64,000 nt of DNA, from IMG/VR virus record IMGVR_UViG_3300028829_003504, positions 197,789 through 261,788 of that record; one strand, 5' to 3'. The position numbers and the translations under genes are program-made. Positions within the stretch are counted from its first letter, which is position 1. Each line of letters begins with the position of its first letter. Below, in pieces: positions 50,486 through 60,381 of this stretch. The notes under the pieces are model-generated. The model was not told the origin of the DNA, ran no database searches, and saw nothing but the letters and a program-made list of their open reading frames with translations.

Positions 50486-51646
50486 TTGATACTTATGAAT
50501 GGGATACTCCTAGGGACTTTAATCGCACTGCATGGAATTCTAGCAGTAGGACTAGGTGTATTGTTAAATGGCGATTTAATAAAAGCAAAATCATTAAGGC
50601 AGTTTCAGTTATACTTCGTATCTGTAGCCTTAACTTGGACAGTTCTTTATTTAAAAGGTCCAATCGTACAAGAAGGATGGATAGGTACACTAGGGTATTT
50701 ACCTTTCTTTCTGAGTTATATACTTCTATTAGCGGCAGTATGTTTACATGCAGGACATAAAGCACCTGTTAGACGGAGTCTTATAGCATCTGCGTTAATT
50801 GCCTTCTATCTAGCCTTACTATACTGCTCACGAAGTTCAGTAATACATATTACGGATATGTATCAAGTATTAGCTTTAGGTTATTGTTGGAATCTATGTA
50901 GATTGAGGTATGAAAGGACGCATAACATCGGAGACCATTACCTATCTAACTTTATGTTACTTGGCATCATTACTTTAAGTGCCCGAACTCTGTATGTTTA
51001 TGTTAACGGGAACCTCGGATCGGGTTTTGTATACACAGCCGTAGCATTTACATTAGTTAACGTAGGTATATGCTTATCTATAATGGCTAGTTACTTCCTA
51101 GAAGTAAAAGTGGCTCTTGAGAAACAGGCAAATACGGATAGTCTCACAGGAGTGTATAATCGACGGTACTTTACGTCTAGCTTGGAGCAAACACACGCGT
51201 CCTGTAAGAGACGCAATTCCACATACTCTATTATTATTTGTGATATTGATTTATTTAAGAATGTTAATGATACTTATGGTCATATTTGTGGAGACTTAGC
51301 TTTAATTAAAGTCGCTCGATGCTTAGACAAAATTAAAAGATGCGAGGATACCCTATCTAGGTATGGAGGAGAGGAGTTTGTATTTCTGCTTCCTGATACA
51401 AAGCTTGAAGAGGCTACTAAGTTGGCTGAACGCTTCCGTCGCAAAGTAGCGGATCTGACAATCGACCTGGGTCAGAAGTCCCTATCATTGACCATGAGCT
51501 TTGGAGTAGCCGGAGTGTACGGTATGTCGGATCCCTCTGATGTAGTCGGAGACGCGGACATAGCCCTTCTGTATGCTAAAGGTGACGGAAGGAATGGAGT
51601 CTATTACTCGGATCGTGGAGTGCTTCATTCAGGAAAGACCCTATAA
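50486..51646 (+). CDS. membrane-bound diguanylate cyclase (multi-TM plus GGDEF domain)
   Basis: About 7 hydrophobic segments; ANTDSLTGVYNRR, CDIDLFKNVNDTYGHICGD, RCED I-site, SRYGGEEF, TMSFGVA, ADIALLYAK..GRN; start may be ATG 50495. Confidence 0.95.
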   Translation: MILMNGILLGTLIALHGILAVGLGVLLNGDLIKAKSLRQFQLYFVSVALTWTVLYLKGPIVQEGWIGTLGYLPFFLSYILLLAAVCLHAGHKAPVRRSLIASALIAFYLALLYCSRSSVIHITDMYQVLALGYCWNLCRLRYERTHNIGDHYLSNFMLLGIITLSARTLYVYVNGNLGSGFVYTAVAFTLVNVGICLSIMASYFLEVKVALEKQANTDSLTGVYNRRYFTSSLEQTHASCKRRNSTYSIIICDIDLFKNVNDTYGHICGDLALIKVARCLDKIKRCEDTLSRYGGEEFVFLLPDTKLEEATKLAERFRRKVADLTIDLGQKSLSLTMSFGVAGVYGMSDPSDVVGDADIALLYAKGDGRNGVYYSDRGVLHSGKTL

Positions 51647-51671
51647 GCACCTTGTTCTAGGAACATAATAA

Positions 51672-51700
51672 ACCTTGCTGTGTTCACATGGCGAGGTCTT
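51672..51700 (+). terminator. probable terminator after DGC
   Basis: ACCTTGC ... GCGAGGT stem followed by CTTT. Confidence 0.45.
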
Positions 51701-51755
51701 TGGTATCTAATGTCAATAATTGGTACCAAATTTAACCTTTTTAGTAGGACATAAT

Positions 51756-52814
51756 ATGTATAAGAAACATATGGTAGGCACTGAGAGCTGGAGGGACTTC
51801 ATAGCGGAAGCACCTAACTTTAGACTTGAAATATACTCAGGCATACCTTTCTATTTGGACCTGCAGCAACTGCTGATACAAGGGGCTGTAAGTTTTGAAG
51901 GTGAGAGCCCTATACCAGATTTAAGTACCCATATTGGGGATGACGGCCAACCGTTAGGAGACCCTCTTCTATATACCGTAGAAGAGCTCCCCTTACGTGG
52001 ATGGAACTATATACCTATAACGATTATGGACCCAGTTAATGCCATAGTCAGAAACACTAGAGACCGACGCGGCTGGGTGATAACGGCCGCTCCAGGATAT
52101 GAAGGTGAAGACTGCTTTAACTACTTTCTAACAAACGGCTTTCAGGCATCCGGGTATGGTAAAGTAGAACTTATAATACTTCCTTGGTATGAGTTACTTG
52201 TCGAGATACAATATAATCCAGATACAGGTCAGTATAGATTCGAAGCGGATATTAAAGTACCCTCAGGTGCCGAAGTACCTACCTTCCAATCCTATAGATG
52301 GACTTTCTTAGGACCTAATGACTACGACGGAGATAACCTAGTTTCTTTTGATGAAACAGGTGTCTTTATGAGTACGTTCTATAAGATTGAAACATTCGGT
52401 ACTTGGAGACGTAGCTACGATAAAGCTGTAGTGTACCGCACTGGTAAAGATACAGGTTGGATTACAGTACCTTCGGACACAGATGTGGATGGAATGAAGG
52501 ACCCTATGACCGGTCTACCTTACTCGGCTAATGGTACCTTATTGGATATAGTTATAGAAGTAGACTTGTACTTAGATGGTACTAGTACTCTACCTAATTT
52601 CAGTCCTACTGGTCGGACTTATACAATAAGGAAAAAGCTAAGTGACCTCCTCGGTATGTCTGACTGGTCAAAATCAGGACTGATAGATAACCTAAGTAAA
52701 CCTACTGTAGATGAAGCTTCCGGTAATGTCTCTCCTCCTTATGCAATTGAGACCGAAGCTCGGACACATTCTGTCGATGACCCTTACGTCCCAGACGTAG
52801 ACTCCCCTGTATAG
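51756..52814 (+). CDS. putative structural/fibre-associated protein
   Basis: ATG 51756 after AGGA; beta-rich, acidic. Confidence 0.55.
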   Translation: MYKKHMVGTESWRDFIAEAPNFRLEIYSGIPFYLDLQQLLIQGAVSFEGESPIPDLSTHIGDDGQPLGDPLLYTVEELPLRGWNYIPITIMDPVNAIVRNTRDRRGWVITAAPGYEGEDCFNYFLTNGFQASGYGKVELIILPWYELLVEIQYNPDTGQYRFEADIKVPSGAEVPTFQSYRWTFLGPNDYDGDNLVSFDETGVFMSTFYKIETFGTWRRSYDKAVVYRTGKDTGWITVPSDTDVDGMKDPMTGLPYSANGTLLDIVIEVDLYLDGTSTLPNFSPTGRTYTIRKKLSDLLGMSDWSKSGLIDNLSKPTVDEASGNVSPPYAIETEARTHSVDDPYVPDVDSPV

Positions 52815-54485
52815 GTGAAATATATGTATTTAAGATTCAATTTAGCTGATAACTTACCGTATCTGTACGATATGAAATATTTTAACAATTCCGACTCCGA
52901 GTTATATACGGATGATGGTATTGAGATGAACCTGACGGATATAGGACCTATTGCTAGTGGATGCTACGCAGGTAAGGGTAGACTCAGGAAGGGAGAAGAT
53001 GCACAAGCCATGCAGGATAGGGTAGACTATCCTATTTTCTTGAAAGCCCAACATGATTTTAAAGAACATTTAGGTGAATTTAGAGATTACTATATTGAAG
53101 TACCTATTGTACTTAACAGTGATATACTAACTCAGTATAGCTACAAGATTAGGCATAATGGTTTGGACTCACCTACAGAGCCTCTATTTTGGACAGAATC
53201 CGATTGGGAGACTTATTGGGACCTGACACCCGGCTCATTCAATAGTTCAGTGCATGGTCAGAACTTCCACAAAAAGATAAGTATAGCCGACCCGAAGCAG
53301 AACCCTGGTATATTTTATTTAATGCACCCTTATTACGGACCTATACCTGGCGAGTCTGACTTCGAAGAAGAATACTACCAAGGCGAGGCCAGCCTAATAG
53401 CTAGCGTAGCTACAGGTGGTTCTATTCCTCAGGAATTCATACTGGGTAATTGCTTTAACTATGCAGCGAGAGAGAGAACTACGCCTGACTACGAGGCCTT
53501 CTTGAAGGTAAGTATAATACGGGACGAAGACTCCAACGGAACGGTCGATATAGTAGACGGATATAAATCCGTAATCTATAATATGTTAGATAGGCCCTCT
53601 GATTATAAGGTCAGCGGGTTGGGTATTCGTATAACACTAACTACACCTTTACCGCGTGATTTAGATTTCATAATATCGCTGGAGCCCGCCTTTAGTACTT
53701 TGACTGGTGTAGACCTTATTGACAGTATACCTGTACTTGAAGAAGTTTACGGACTTACCGATGATACTATCATGTCTGTGATTCCTACGCCTTCAGGCAT
53801 ACCTAACACAGAGTTTAAGTCGGAATTAAAGACCACTACAATATTGGCAGGATCTACGATTTCCTTATTACCTATTACTTTGAATCGACCTGTCGATGGG
53901 CGTTACGCACTAGTAGCGCGAGTCCACTCCTTTGATAATCGCGATGGTTTAAAAATACTTAACAATGATATATTAATAACAAATACTATGCACACCGCCG
54001 ATACTTACGACGATAGTGACTTGGCCGTTAGTACTCGTATAAATATTTATGACTCATCCCATGCTTTGGTGTTTACTTCCGATTCGCTATCTTCTATTCA
54101 AGCTACGTTGCCTAAAGGTGACGACTACCTTGTCGAGTTCGTTCATGAGTACTTCAATAGGTTAAAAACTGAATATAGATTAGGCCAAGGATTATCCCCT
54201 AGTATAACGGATAGGTATACGGCGGAGAAGCATCATAAATTCTCCGTGACTACAAAGTCTGACGGCAATTTAACAGTAATTGATAGTGTGGACAACGCTC
54301 CCTCTAGAGTTATTAGCGGTTGGCTAATAGCTGGAGGTAGTACGTCCAAGAGCTTATACAGTTTACCTAGTTCGATATCAGGAAGTGCTATTTCATTTGA
54401 GTGTAACTTTGGTTATAACTACGGTATAGTAGATAGTACAGTTACTACTAACGCCACAATACTATTAAACATAAACTTAACTTAA
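52815..54485 (+). CDS. putative fibre/adhesin-like protein with Calx-beta-like segment
   Basis: 556 aa; IRITLTTPLPRDL...ILAGST pattern. Confidence 0.5.
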   Translation: MKYMYLRFNLADNLPYLYDMKYFNNSDSELYTDDGIEMNLTDIGPIASGCYAGKGRLRKGEDAQAMQDRVDYPIFLKAQHDFKEHLGEFRDYYIEVPIVLNSDILTQYSYKIRHNGLDSPTEPLFWTESDWETYWDLTPGSFNSSVHGQNFHKKISIADPKQNPGIFYLMHPYYGPIPGESDFEEEYYQGEASLIASVATGGSIPQEFILGNCFNYAARERTTPDYEAFLKVSIIRDEDSNGTVDIVDGYKSVIYNMLDRPSDYKVSGLGIRITLTTPLPRDLDFIISLEPAFSTLTGVDLIDSIPVLEEVYGLTDDTIMSVIPTPSGIPNTEFKSELKTTTILAGSTISLLPITLNRPVDGRYALVARVHSFDNRDGLKILNNDILITNTMHTADTYDDSDLAVSTRINIYDSSHALVFTSDSLSSIQATLPKGDDYLVEFVHEYFNRLKTEYRLGQGLSPSITDRYTAEKHHKFSVTTKSDGNLTVIDSVDNAPSRVISGWLIAGGSTSKSLYSLPSSISGSAISFECNFGYNYGIVDSTVTTNATILLNINLT

Positions 54486-54494
54486 GGAATCTGT

Positions 54495-56024
54495 ATGGGT
54501 ATATCATTAACTCGAAATAACTACACCTCACTACAGAAGATGGTGCACGACGTCCATCAGGACTTGGTTGCGGGAGGATTTAAGCTTATTCTACAAAGAG
54601 ACGCAATTGAAATGGAGGATGACTCTATGGTTATTAGTCCTGAGATTGTGGAGGTAGCGCCTGACTGGACTAAAGCAGGATTATATGTGTTTGAGGCAAG
54701 TCCTTCTGTTGATCCTTTTGCCGTATATGAGCCTTACAACATAGTGTTTATGGTTCATAGGAAATGGTGGAAGGTATTCGTATGCACTCCAGTAGGTTTA
54801 ATCTACGACACGTTCAATGACACGTTCTCCGTAGAGTCCTACACAGATGAATACTGGCCGTTCGCAAGCATAGGGGAAGACCAGCAAAGATGGGTAGGTG
54901 CCTTAACCGTAGACGGCGTATCTTCCGACACAGGGATCGGACAGCAATTTTTAAGCTTCCATAGCGAGTTTTCTACATGGCCATCTTTAAGACAGAATGC
55001 AGTAGACGAGCACGGAGTATTAGAGTTAGAATCGTCCCCTCTAAGTTACAGAATTACAGTAGAGGCACATGGCATTGTATTTTGCACATGGGCTGAAAAC
55101 ATGGATGATAGAGGAGATTGCCATTCTTGGTTTTGCATACAGCGACCTAAACAGTCAGACGGTGAAATATTACCCTATACGGGTAAGCATCCGCTGTGGT
55201 GTGTATACTCTCAAAATGGTGGCGGGAATCCTAATGATATGTCAGCCTTTCCTTCAATGGATGTAAACGGTATAAGACAGTTCGTTGTCAGAGAGCGTGA
55301 CATAGATTTACCTAGCCACAGTTGTAGTGCTGTACTGGGAGAAGGTGAGCACTCAGCCATAATAAATCCTATGGAGCAAACCAGCTTACAGGAGGACGGA
55401 ACGTACTTACTTAATATACCTAGCGGCTTGAACTCATGGAGATATGTATATCCTTACTTATTGGATTTAATTGCATTCTCAAGCGCAGACCTATCCGCTC
55501 ACGGTTATAATGTAACACATGACGTATTTGGTAATGGCGAACCTATTACATACTACGCTATGAAAGCCAATAGACCTGAGAACAGAGGCATGAGGATGTT
55601 CATGAAAGGACCTGATGTTAATGCTGCGGACGAGCAAGAGCCTTTCGAAGTACCTTTATACTTTTACGTACGTCACCTTTTCCGTGCAGCTACAGAATCT
55701 AACGTGATGCCTCTAATATTTGTAGAAATTGAATTAATGGAAGGCGTTACTTCTACCAGCTACCCTGCACCTAGGGATATAGAAATACCTTTCACTATAG
55801 ATCCTAGTAGCACTGCGTTAGAGGGAATTGATTACGTACTAACCTCACATAATAACCATATACTTATTCCTGCAGGCAGCACTAAAGGTAGACTATACGG
55901 ACAGATACTTCCGCGATCAGGAGATAATGGTACGAGGTCTGTGACGTTTATACTAACAGATAACCTAGGTGAAGGTAACTTACTAAGTAGTCCTATATTC
56001 ACCATACAAGACAGTATTGTCTAA
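54495..56024 (+). CDS. paralog family copy 3 with C-terminal Calx-beta-like domain
   Basis: Family motifs as in 39784 and 40936, plus TALEGIDY...LIPAGST...RSVTFIL. Confidence 0.7.
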   Translation: MGISLTRNNYTSLQKMVHDVHQDLVAGGFKLILQRDAIEMEDDSMVISPEIVEVAPDWTKAGLYVFEASPSVDPFAVYEPYNIVFMVHRKWWKVFVCTPVGLIYDTFNDTFSVESYTDEYWPFASIGEDQQRWVGALTVDGVSSDTGIGQQFLSFHSEFSTWPSLRQNAVDEHGVLELESSPLSYRITVEAHGIVFCTWAENMDDRGDCHSWFCIQRPKQSDGEILPYTGKHPLWCVYSQNGGGNPNDMSAFPSMDVNGIRQFVVRERDIDLPSHSCSAVLGEGEHSAIINPMEQTSLQEDGTYLLNIPSGLNSWRYVYPYLLDLIAFSSADLSAHGYNVTHDVFGNGEPITYYAMKANRPENRGMRMFMKGPDVNAADEQEPFEVPLYFYVRHLFRAATESNVMPLIFVEIELMEGVTSTSYPAPRDIEIPFTIDPSSTALEGIDYVLTSHNNHILIPAGSTKGRLYGQILPRSGDNGTRSVTFILTDNLGEGNLLSSPIFTIQDSIV

Positions 56025-56090
56025 ACATACAATCCCGACAGGACAAGGATGATGTAGGGTTAAGGACGACCCGCTACTAAAAGGCTATTT

Positions 56091-57221
56091 ATGAAAATCG
56101 CTATATATGCAATATGTAAGAACGAGCAGCATAACATTGTTTCATTTTTAAAAAATACAATGTATGCAGACACTATAATAATAACCGACACAGGTAGTAC
56201 CGATGATACCGTACGGATATTAGAAGAGCAATCTTTGATTAATTCTAAAATTGTACTACATAAGGCTGAATTTGAACCCTTCTCATTCTCAGGCGCCCGT
56301 AACTTCTGTCTAGCTCAGGTACCTGAGGATATAGATTACTGTTTATATTTAGACTTAGATGAAAGACTTGAGGAGGACTGGCTTAAGAAGTTAGAGCCTC
56401 TATTGGCACATCAGCCTACCCACATCACTATGGACATGGTAACTTCTCGTGATGAATCAGGTAACGTAGCTTCCTCTTATTACCAAACACGATGCCATAG
56501 ACGCGAAGGATATAGATGGCGTTACCCTTGCCATGAAGTCTTGCAGTGCGAATGGACTAATGGTGACAAACGTACTATAAGTAGTGCCATACAAGTAGAG
56601 CACTATCCTACGTTAGATAAAGAACGTAACTACTTGGGTTTACTGGAGCAAGGCGTAGTCGAATACCCAAACGACCAACGTATGCTTTATTATTACGGCC
56701 GTGAGCTTTACATGGCCAAGAACTATCTTGACGCGATAGCTGCGCTAGACAAAGCCTGTTATGCGACAGAACTTTGGTGGGATAGACAAACTGCATCCTG
56801 CTTTAAGTATATGGCCTTATGTGCCGTAGAGCTGAAAGACCATAAGTTGGCTGAAACTTACTATTTAAAGTATTTAAGCTACAGTACGGATGAGGCTGAA
56901 TCGTGGTACGAAGTAGCCATGTTCTACTACTCCCAAGGGCTCTACCACTTGGCTTTAGGTTATTCAAAAAGATGTATAGATTTAGGTCAATCTAAGACAA
57001 AACCTAGTAATTTCTTATTTAGAGACTTGAGTTGCTGGACATGGAAACCCCATGATTTAGCAGCTTACTGCTCCTACCATCTTAAAGATAGTTCTGGATA
57101 TGCAGCACATGCCACACTGGCTTGTAACCATAATCCTCAGGATGGGCGTCTACAAGCTAATATGGAAGACGCACTCAGGAATGTTACAGTAGTAAAAAGG
57201 ACCGTGGATGAAGATACTTGA
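56091..57221 (+). CDS. GT2 glycosyltransferase with C-terminal TPR repeats
   Basis: ICKNE, DTGSTDDT, FSGARN, LDLDE (DxD), HEVL; YYYGRE and TPR-like helices. Confidence 0.9.
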   Translation: MKIAIYAICKNEQHNIVSFLKNTMYADTIIITDTGSTDDTVRILEEQSLINSKIVLHKAEFEPFSFSGARNFCLAQVPEDIDYCLYLDLDERLEEDWLKKLEPLLAHQPTHITMDMVTSRDESGNVASSYYQTRCHRREGYRWRYPCHEVLQCEWTNGDKRTISSAIQVEHYPTLDKERNYLGLLEQGVVEYPNDQRMLYYYGRELYMAKNYLDAIAALDKACYATELWWDRQTASCFKYMALCAVELKDHKLAETYYLKYLSYSTDEAESWYEVAMFYYSQGLYHLALGYSKRCIDLGQSKTKPSNFLFRDLSCWTWKPHDLAAYCSYHLKDSSGYAAHATLACNHNPQDGRLQANMEDALRNVTVVKRTVDEDT

Positions 57222-58380
57222 TATAAGACCTACATCTGAATCTGCCGATAAGCCTCCAGGCTGGTGGATTAGGAAAGGCAAAGGCTCTAGACAAGCCTAC
57301 ATTAAACGGCATCCTAAATCTAAATGGTCTAAGTTTTTAGAATACGGGTTGAAGTCAACTAAGCCTCAATCTAGTAAGAAGAAACCTAGCCCTGCAGGAA
57401 AGGGTACTAAGGATAAGCCTGTTGCTTCTGGCAAAGGTAGCTCCACAAAGAAAAAAATTAATGAAGTTAAAGGTAAAGCTAAACTAAAGGTCTCTCGCTC
57501 GAAAAGAATTAAAGAGATGGCCTCCAAAAAGGCGCCTTTAATTGCAAGTAACCTAAACAAAGGTCTAAATAAACTTGTCACTAAAGCTCCTGCTTATGCG
57601 TCTAAGATAAAAGACAGTATAAGTAAAGCAACTTCTAGCAAGGTGGGTAACTTCTTTAAGAAGAAACTTACCGGTGGAGAAGTAGACGAAGCCGAAAAAG
57701 AGGCAGTTATATCGACACTAACACCTGTGTTGAAGGCTGTCTTAGGTGTCGCAGTACTTGGCGCTTTGGCTGTCGGTGCCGCACCATTGGTAGCCGCTCT
57801 TGCTAATACCTATTCCTCCTCACTGGATAACCTTATGACCTCAGAGTCCTCTGAGTTAAACACCGATGAACCCGTGGATTTACTTATCCATGATTTCATG
57901 CGTTGGTTTAGTAAGATAGATAAGAATGTATTAGCTGAGAAGATAGCAGAGCTACAAGTCCTCGAGGAATTCGGGGAGGGTGAAGCCGAAGAATCCGAAA
58001 CTTCTGTAGAAGGCGACGAAGAAGACCCTGATTTTACATCGGAGTCTGCCGTCGTTAAACGGGTTTCGTTCAGAGTCTCTCCTCTACAGCGTAGAGTTGT
58101 TGCTAACTTAAGAACTAAGTTCGAAGTGATTTTCGATAAAGAGGTCGTAGGTCATATTGAGTCCGACCCTAAGATTAAAGGTGATGGTTTCCAGAACCGA
58201 TGTTGGGTTGTGACGCTACGCGATGGTTTTAATGAATCGTCGTATACGAGTGGATATAGATCAGACGAACCTTTTACCTCCGTCAGGGGTGATGACGTGT
58301 TGCTGAGAAATCCACAAAGAATGACAATGCCAGAAGCTCGAGGATGGGTAAAAGGCGCACTAGTAAGGAGTTTCCTTTGA
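57208..58380 (+). CDS. putative virion protein with three SES[A/S] motifs and a hydrophobic helix
   Basis: RPTSESAD, MTSESSE, FTSESAV; basic N-half. Confidence 0.65.
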   Translation: MKILDIRPTSESADKPPGWWIRKGKGSRQAYIKRHPKSKWSKFLEYGLKSTKPQSSKKKPSPAGKGTKDKPVASGKGSSTKKKINEVKGKAKLKVSRSKRIKEMASKKAPLIASNLNKGLNKLVTKAPAYASKIKDSISKATSSKVGNFFKKKLTGGEVDEAEKEAVISTLTPVLKAVLGVAVLGALAVGAAPLVAALANTYSSSLDNLMTSESSELNTDEPVDLLIHDFMRWFSKIDKNVLAEKIAELQVLEEFGEGEAEESETSVEGDEEDPDFTSESAVVKRVSFRVSPLQRRVVANLRTKFEVIFDKEVVGHIESDPKIKGDGFQNRCWVVTLRDGFNESSYTSGYRSDEPFTSVRGDDVLLRNPQRMTMPEARGWVKGALVRSFL

Positions 58381-59039
58381 AACGACTAAATATTAATATT
58401 ACAACTACCGATGTTTTTCATCCAGTAGATAAGCTAGGTACCTTTGATAGATCACAACTACGTACCTTATTCCTACAACTTAATGCCGTTGCTTCCACTG
58501 CGGCAGATTGCGCTGAGCAATGCCAATCAATACCTAATGACTTAGTCGAACTGGGTTTAGATGATTTAGACGTATCGCCCCCGCACTTACGCAACTACTA
58601 CGAGCGAGTGGAGGCCGAAGCAGTTTCATTAAGTGACGCCGTGGCTAATCGCTTACAGGCTTCGGCCTCCACTGCTCACATGCAAGACGGTTTTGTGCGA
58701 CATCAGTTCTATAAAGCATTTGAAATAAGTAATAAGTTTGGATCTAATCAGTATAGTGGTATTAGATCTAGAGTACTTGACGCTATAGATAACCTACCTG
58801 TTACAGGTTTAGGGCACGACGACAGTACAGTAGAGGTAGCCTCATATAGTCCTTGTACACCAAGACCTGAACCTGCCCACGCTAAGTACTCGGCCTTGGT
58901 ATCTACTGCCGTTGTACTAGAAGCGTTCAATACGGCCTTACGTAAGTTTAAGGCCGTAGCGGTTGCTTCGCTGGACATGCCTTGCGATCAAGGTATTCAC
59001 GATGAAGCTAAAGCACTGTTGTACGGAGCTGAATTATAA
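58377..59039 (+). CDS. hypothetical (putative virion) protein
   Basis: TTG 58377 after AAGGAG, overlapping upstream TGA. Confidence 0.6.
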   Translation: MKRLNINITTTDVFHPVDKLGTFDRSQLRTLFLQLNAVASTAADCAEQCQSIPNDLVELGLDDLDVSPPHLRNYYERVEAEAVSLSDAVANRLQASASTAHMQDGFVRHQFYKAFEISNKFGSNQYSGIRSRVLDAIDNLPVTGLGHDDSTVEVASYSPCTPRPEPAHAKYSALVSTAVVLEAFNTALRKFKAVAVASLDMPCDQGIHDEAKALLYGAEL

Positions 59040-59827
59040 TGAAGTCAATTACTGTAGGCCGTCCTCAGCATAGATTCTCAAGTGAGGCCTTTGATGTAGG
59101 TTCATTGGCCCCTGCTACCGAAATGCTTGATGCTAGTAGAACATCGAAATCGATACAATTAAAGCCTGAAATTACTGGTGGCCAATCTGTTGACCTAGAC
59201 GTTAACGCTTGGCTTCCAATGGCCTCGGAAGTATATAACATAAGTCCTGATATTAGAGACTATGTTCTTGCTCCCATCCCAGCCATGATTACAGGTATGC
59301 CGAATACGAATGGTGACAGTGCGACGACAAGAGAAATGTTACGCTTTCAACCAGACCATGGTATGCCGAGCTACAAAACGTTTAAGGGTAAACCTACTCA
59401 CGTTGAGCATAACAATAAAGATTATACGATTGCTAAAGGTATTATCTTTGACAGTTACTTGCAACGTCTGCCTCAGTTTAAAGGCGACCACGCCAGATTA
59501 ACATTGCTATTAGGATTTGATCGCAGACGCGACCCAGATTTAGCAAATGCCATCGCAGCTAATAAAATAAACACATATAGCATAGGTATGTTCTTTAATT
59601 CCTATCGCTGCTCTATATGTAGTCATGTAGTGCAGCAAGGTACGATGCACATGTGTAGTCATACCCGACCACGCAGACCGACTTACTTGCATGATAGCGG
59701 TGTTCTTTCTTACCGAGAATGTCAGAATATAGTTGGCTTTGAATGTAGTTCTGTAGGAGACCCTGCCTATGTATCAGCCCATCATAACCCCGACCAGGTC
59801 ATAAACGTCCAAGACTTTAGGAATTAA
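59039..59827 (+). CDS. putative prohead (maturation) serine protease, HK97 gp4/assemblin-like
   Basis: NTNGD, FKGKPTHVEHN (His), YSIG (Ser), FECSSVGDPA; CSIC...CSH Zn insert. Confidence 0.7.
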   Translation: MKSITVGRPQHRFSSEAFDVGSLAPATEMLDASRTSKSIQLKPEITGGQSVDLDVNAWLPMASEVYNISPDIRDYVLAPIPAMITGMPNTNGDSATTREMLRFQPDHGMPSYKTFKGKPTHVEHNNKDYTIAKGIIFDSYLQRLPQFKGDHARLTLLLGFDRRRDPDLANAIAANKINTYSIGMFFNSYRCSICSHVVQQGTMHMCSHTRPRRPTYLHDSGVLSYRECQNIVGFECSSVGDPAYVSAHHNPDQVINVQDFRN

Positions 59828-59829
59828 TC

Positions 59830-60138
59830 ATGGCAGAAATATTTGCAAAGAAACAGGAAAGCGAGAGTGCCAATGTAGGCGGTAAACGTGTAGAGAAAGC
59901 AATCACAAAACTGTTCAACGACAACGGAGGTAACGGGGAAGACTTAATGTTTGACCTAGCCGACTATTTCATAGTTGACGCACCCTTCAATGAACTTAAA
60001 CGCTTGAAGACCACTCTGTTAGGCCGAGTAGCTTTAGGTCTTATCTTGAAAGAAGAATTCTACAACGATGAACTTCTTGAAGACCAGCCTCGAGCACGGC
60101 GTACAGCCCTAGCTGAACTGGGTTTCCCAAGAGGTTAA
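59830..60138 (+). CDS. small putative head protein (QESESAN)
   Basis: 102 aa; N-terminal SESA. Confidence 0.65.
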   Translation: MAEIFAKKQESESANVGGKRVEKAITKLFNDNGGNGEDLMFDLADYFIVDAPFNELKRLKTTLLGRVALGLILKEEFYNDELLEDQPRARRTALAELGFPRG

Positions 60139-60139
60139 T

Positions 60140-60381
60140 ATACAAATATTCATAAGTGAGTCAGCCTCTGTGGAATCTCTGATAAAGCAGAAGGCCAATA
60201 AAGCAATAAAGCAGTTGTTGAAGAAGAACCAATTTGAGGTTCTAAATGACAATGACGTTAGCATTGACGTAACTGATTATCCTCAAATGACTTCTACGTA
60301 GGCGTTGATGGACTAAGCTTCACGGTGAAAGTTAAAGTACGTAAGCCTATGGAGATGCCCAAACGAACTGTAAACTTATAG
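60140..60381 (+). pseudogene. disrupted small gene of the IFISESA family (ATA in start position, -1 shift near 60287)
   Basis: IQIFISESASVESLIKQK...PQMTST* (60140-60301); -1 frame continues NDFYVGVDGLSFTVKVKVRK...VNL* to 60381. Confidence 0.5.
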
